DNA of 64,000 nt from Takakia lepidozioides (taxonomy: Eukaryota; Plantae; Bryophyta), in the NCBI GenBank assembly GCA_030704615.1, contig CM060733.1, positions 9,176,001 to 9,240,000 on the forward strand, read 5' to 3'. The notes below the pieces were generated by a model. The model was not told the origin of the DNA. It saw only the letters and a list, made by a program, of their open reading frames with translations, and did no database searches. Position numbers and translations under genes: made by a program. Of this stretch, positions 63,700 to 64,000 are shown one piece after another. Positions within the stretch are counted from its first letter, which is position 1. Every line of letters begins with the position of its first letter.

Positions 63700-63982
63700 A
63701 TTTTAAGGGCTGCTTTACACCAGGCCCAAGCCCAAGGATTCATGGGCCCAATTTGTACCACTCTTGGGCTGGTCTTGGACCAACTTCATTAATTAAAATA
63801 ATATATTTCTTGGGCCCAAGATGGATGTGTGTGTAAAGCCATTGGGCCCAAACCCACGGCCTAAGAACCATCAACCATATATTCTAGGCTCGACATTTAT
63901 ACGCTTCATCTCTAATTAACCTACGCCTCATCTCCAACCTTGTTCTTTCTAAGGTTCAGTAGTATCAATAGGTATCAGAACC
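63700..63982 (+). mobile_element. Probable LTR 3' end plus tRNA-Met-type PBS of an element continuing beyond the window
   Basis: ...AGTATCA(63967) followed by AGGTATCAGAACC, an 11/13 match to TGGTATCAGAGCC. Confidence 0.5.
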
Positions 63983-64000
63983 TACCAGTCGGGCAGGCGG

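Overview
Eukaryotic genomic DNA, most likely a non-seed land plant such as a bryophyte (inferred from the gene and retroelement families). It has three parts. (1) 1-16.7 kb: decayed, nested Ty3/Gypsy elements with extra ORFs. (2) 18-32 kb: three spliced host genes, SPF27/MOS4 (-), a PTC7-type PP2C phosphatase (+) and a C2H2 zinc-finger factor (+). (3) 33.5-64 kb: a TTAA-flanked MITE, a tRNA-headed SINE, and a four-layer nest. In the nest, an RNase H + restriction-like-endonuclease LINE (Dualen/RandI-like) is split by a self-priming Tf1/Tcn1-like LTR element (37735-62223). That element contains a ~21 kb DNA-transposon-like segment (40402-61720), whose transposase is in turn split by a probable solo LTR. 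The 21 kb segment is the best candidate for an undescribed system. It carries a DUF7869/Sola-like DDD transposase head-to-head with a multi-exon accessory region encoding a Pol II CTD-like repeat peptide, a ParB/DGQHR-like domain and three FCP1-like HAD domains. It is marked by at least 14 dispersed copies of a 26-bp palindrome that I did not see elsewhere in the window. A second highlight is that the SINE shares a three-hairpin 3' RNA module with the LINE. All domain calls are by eye from motifs; no searches were run.
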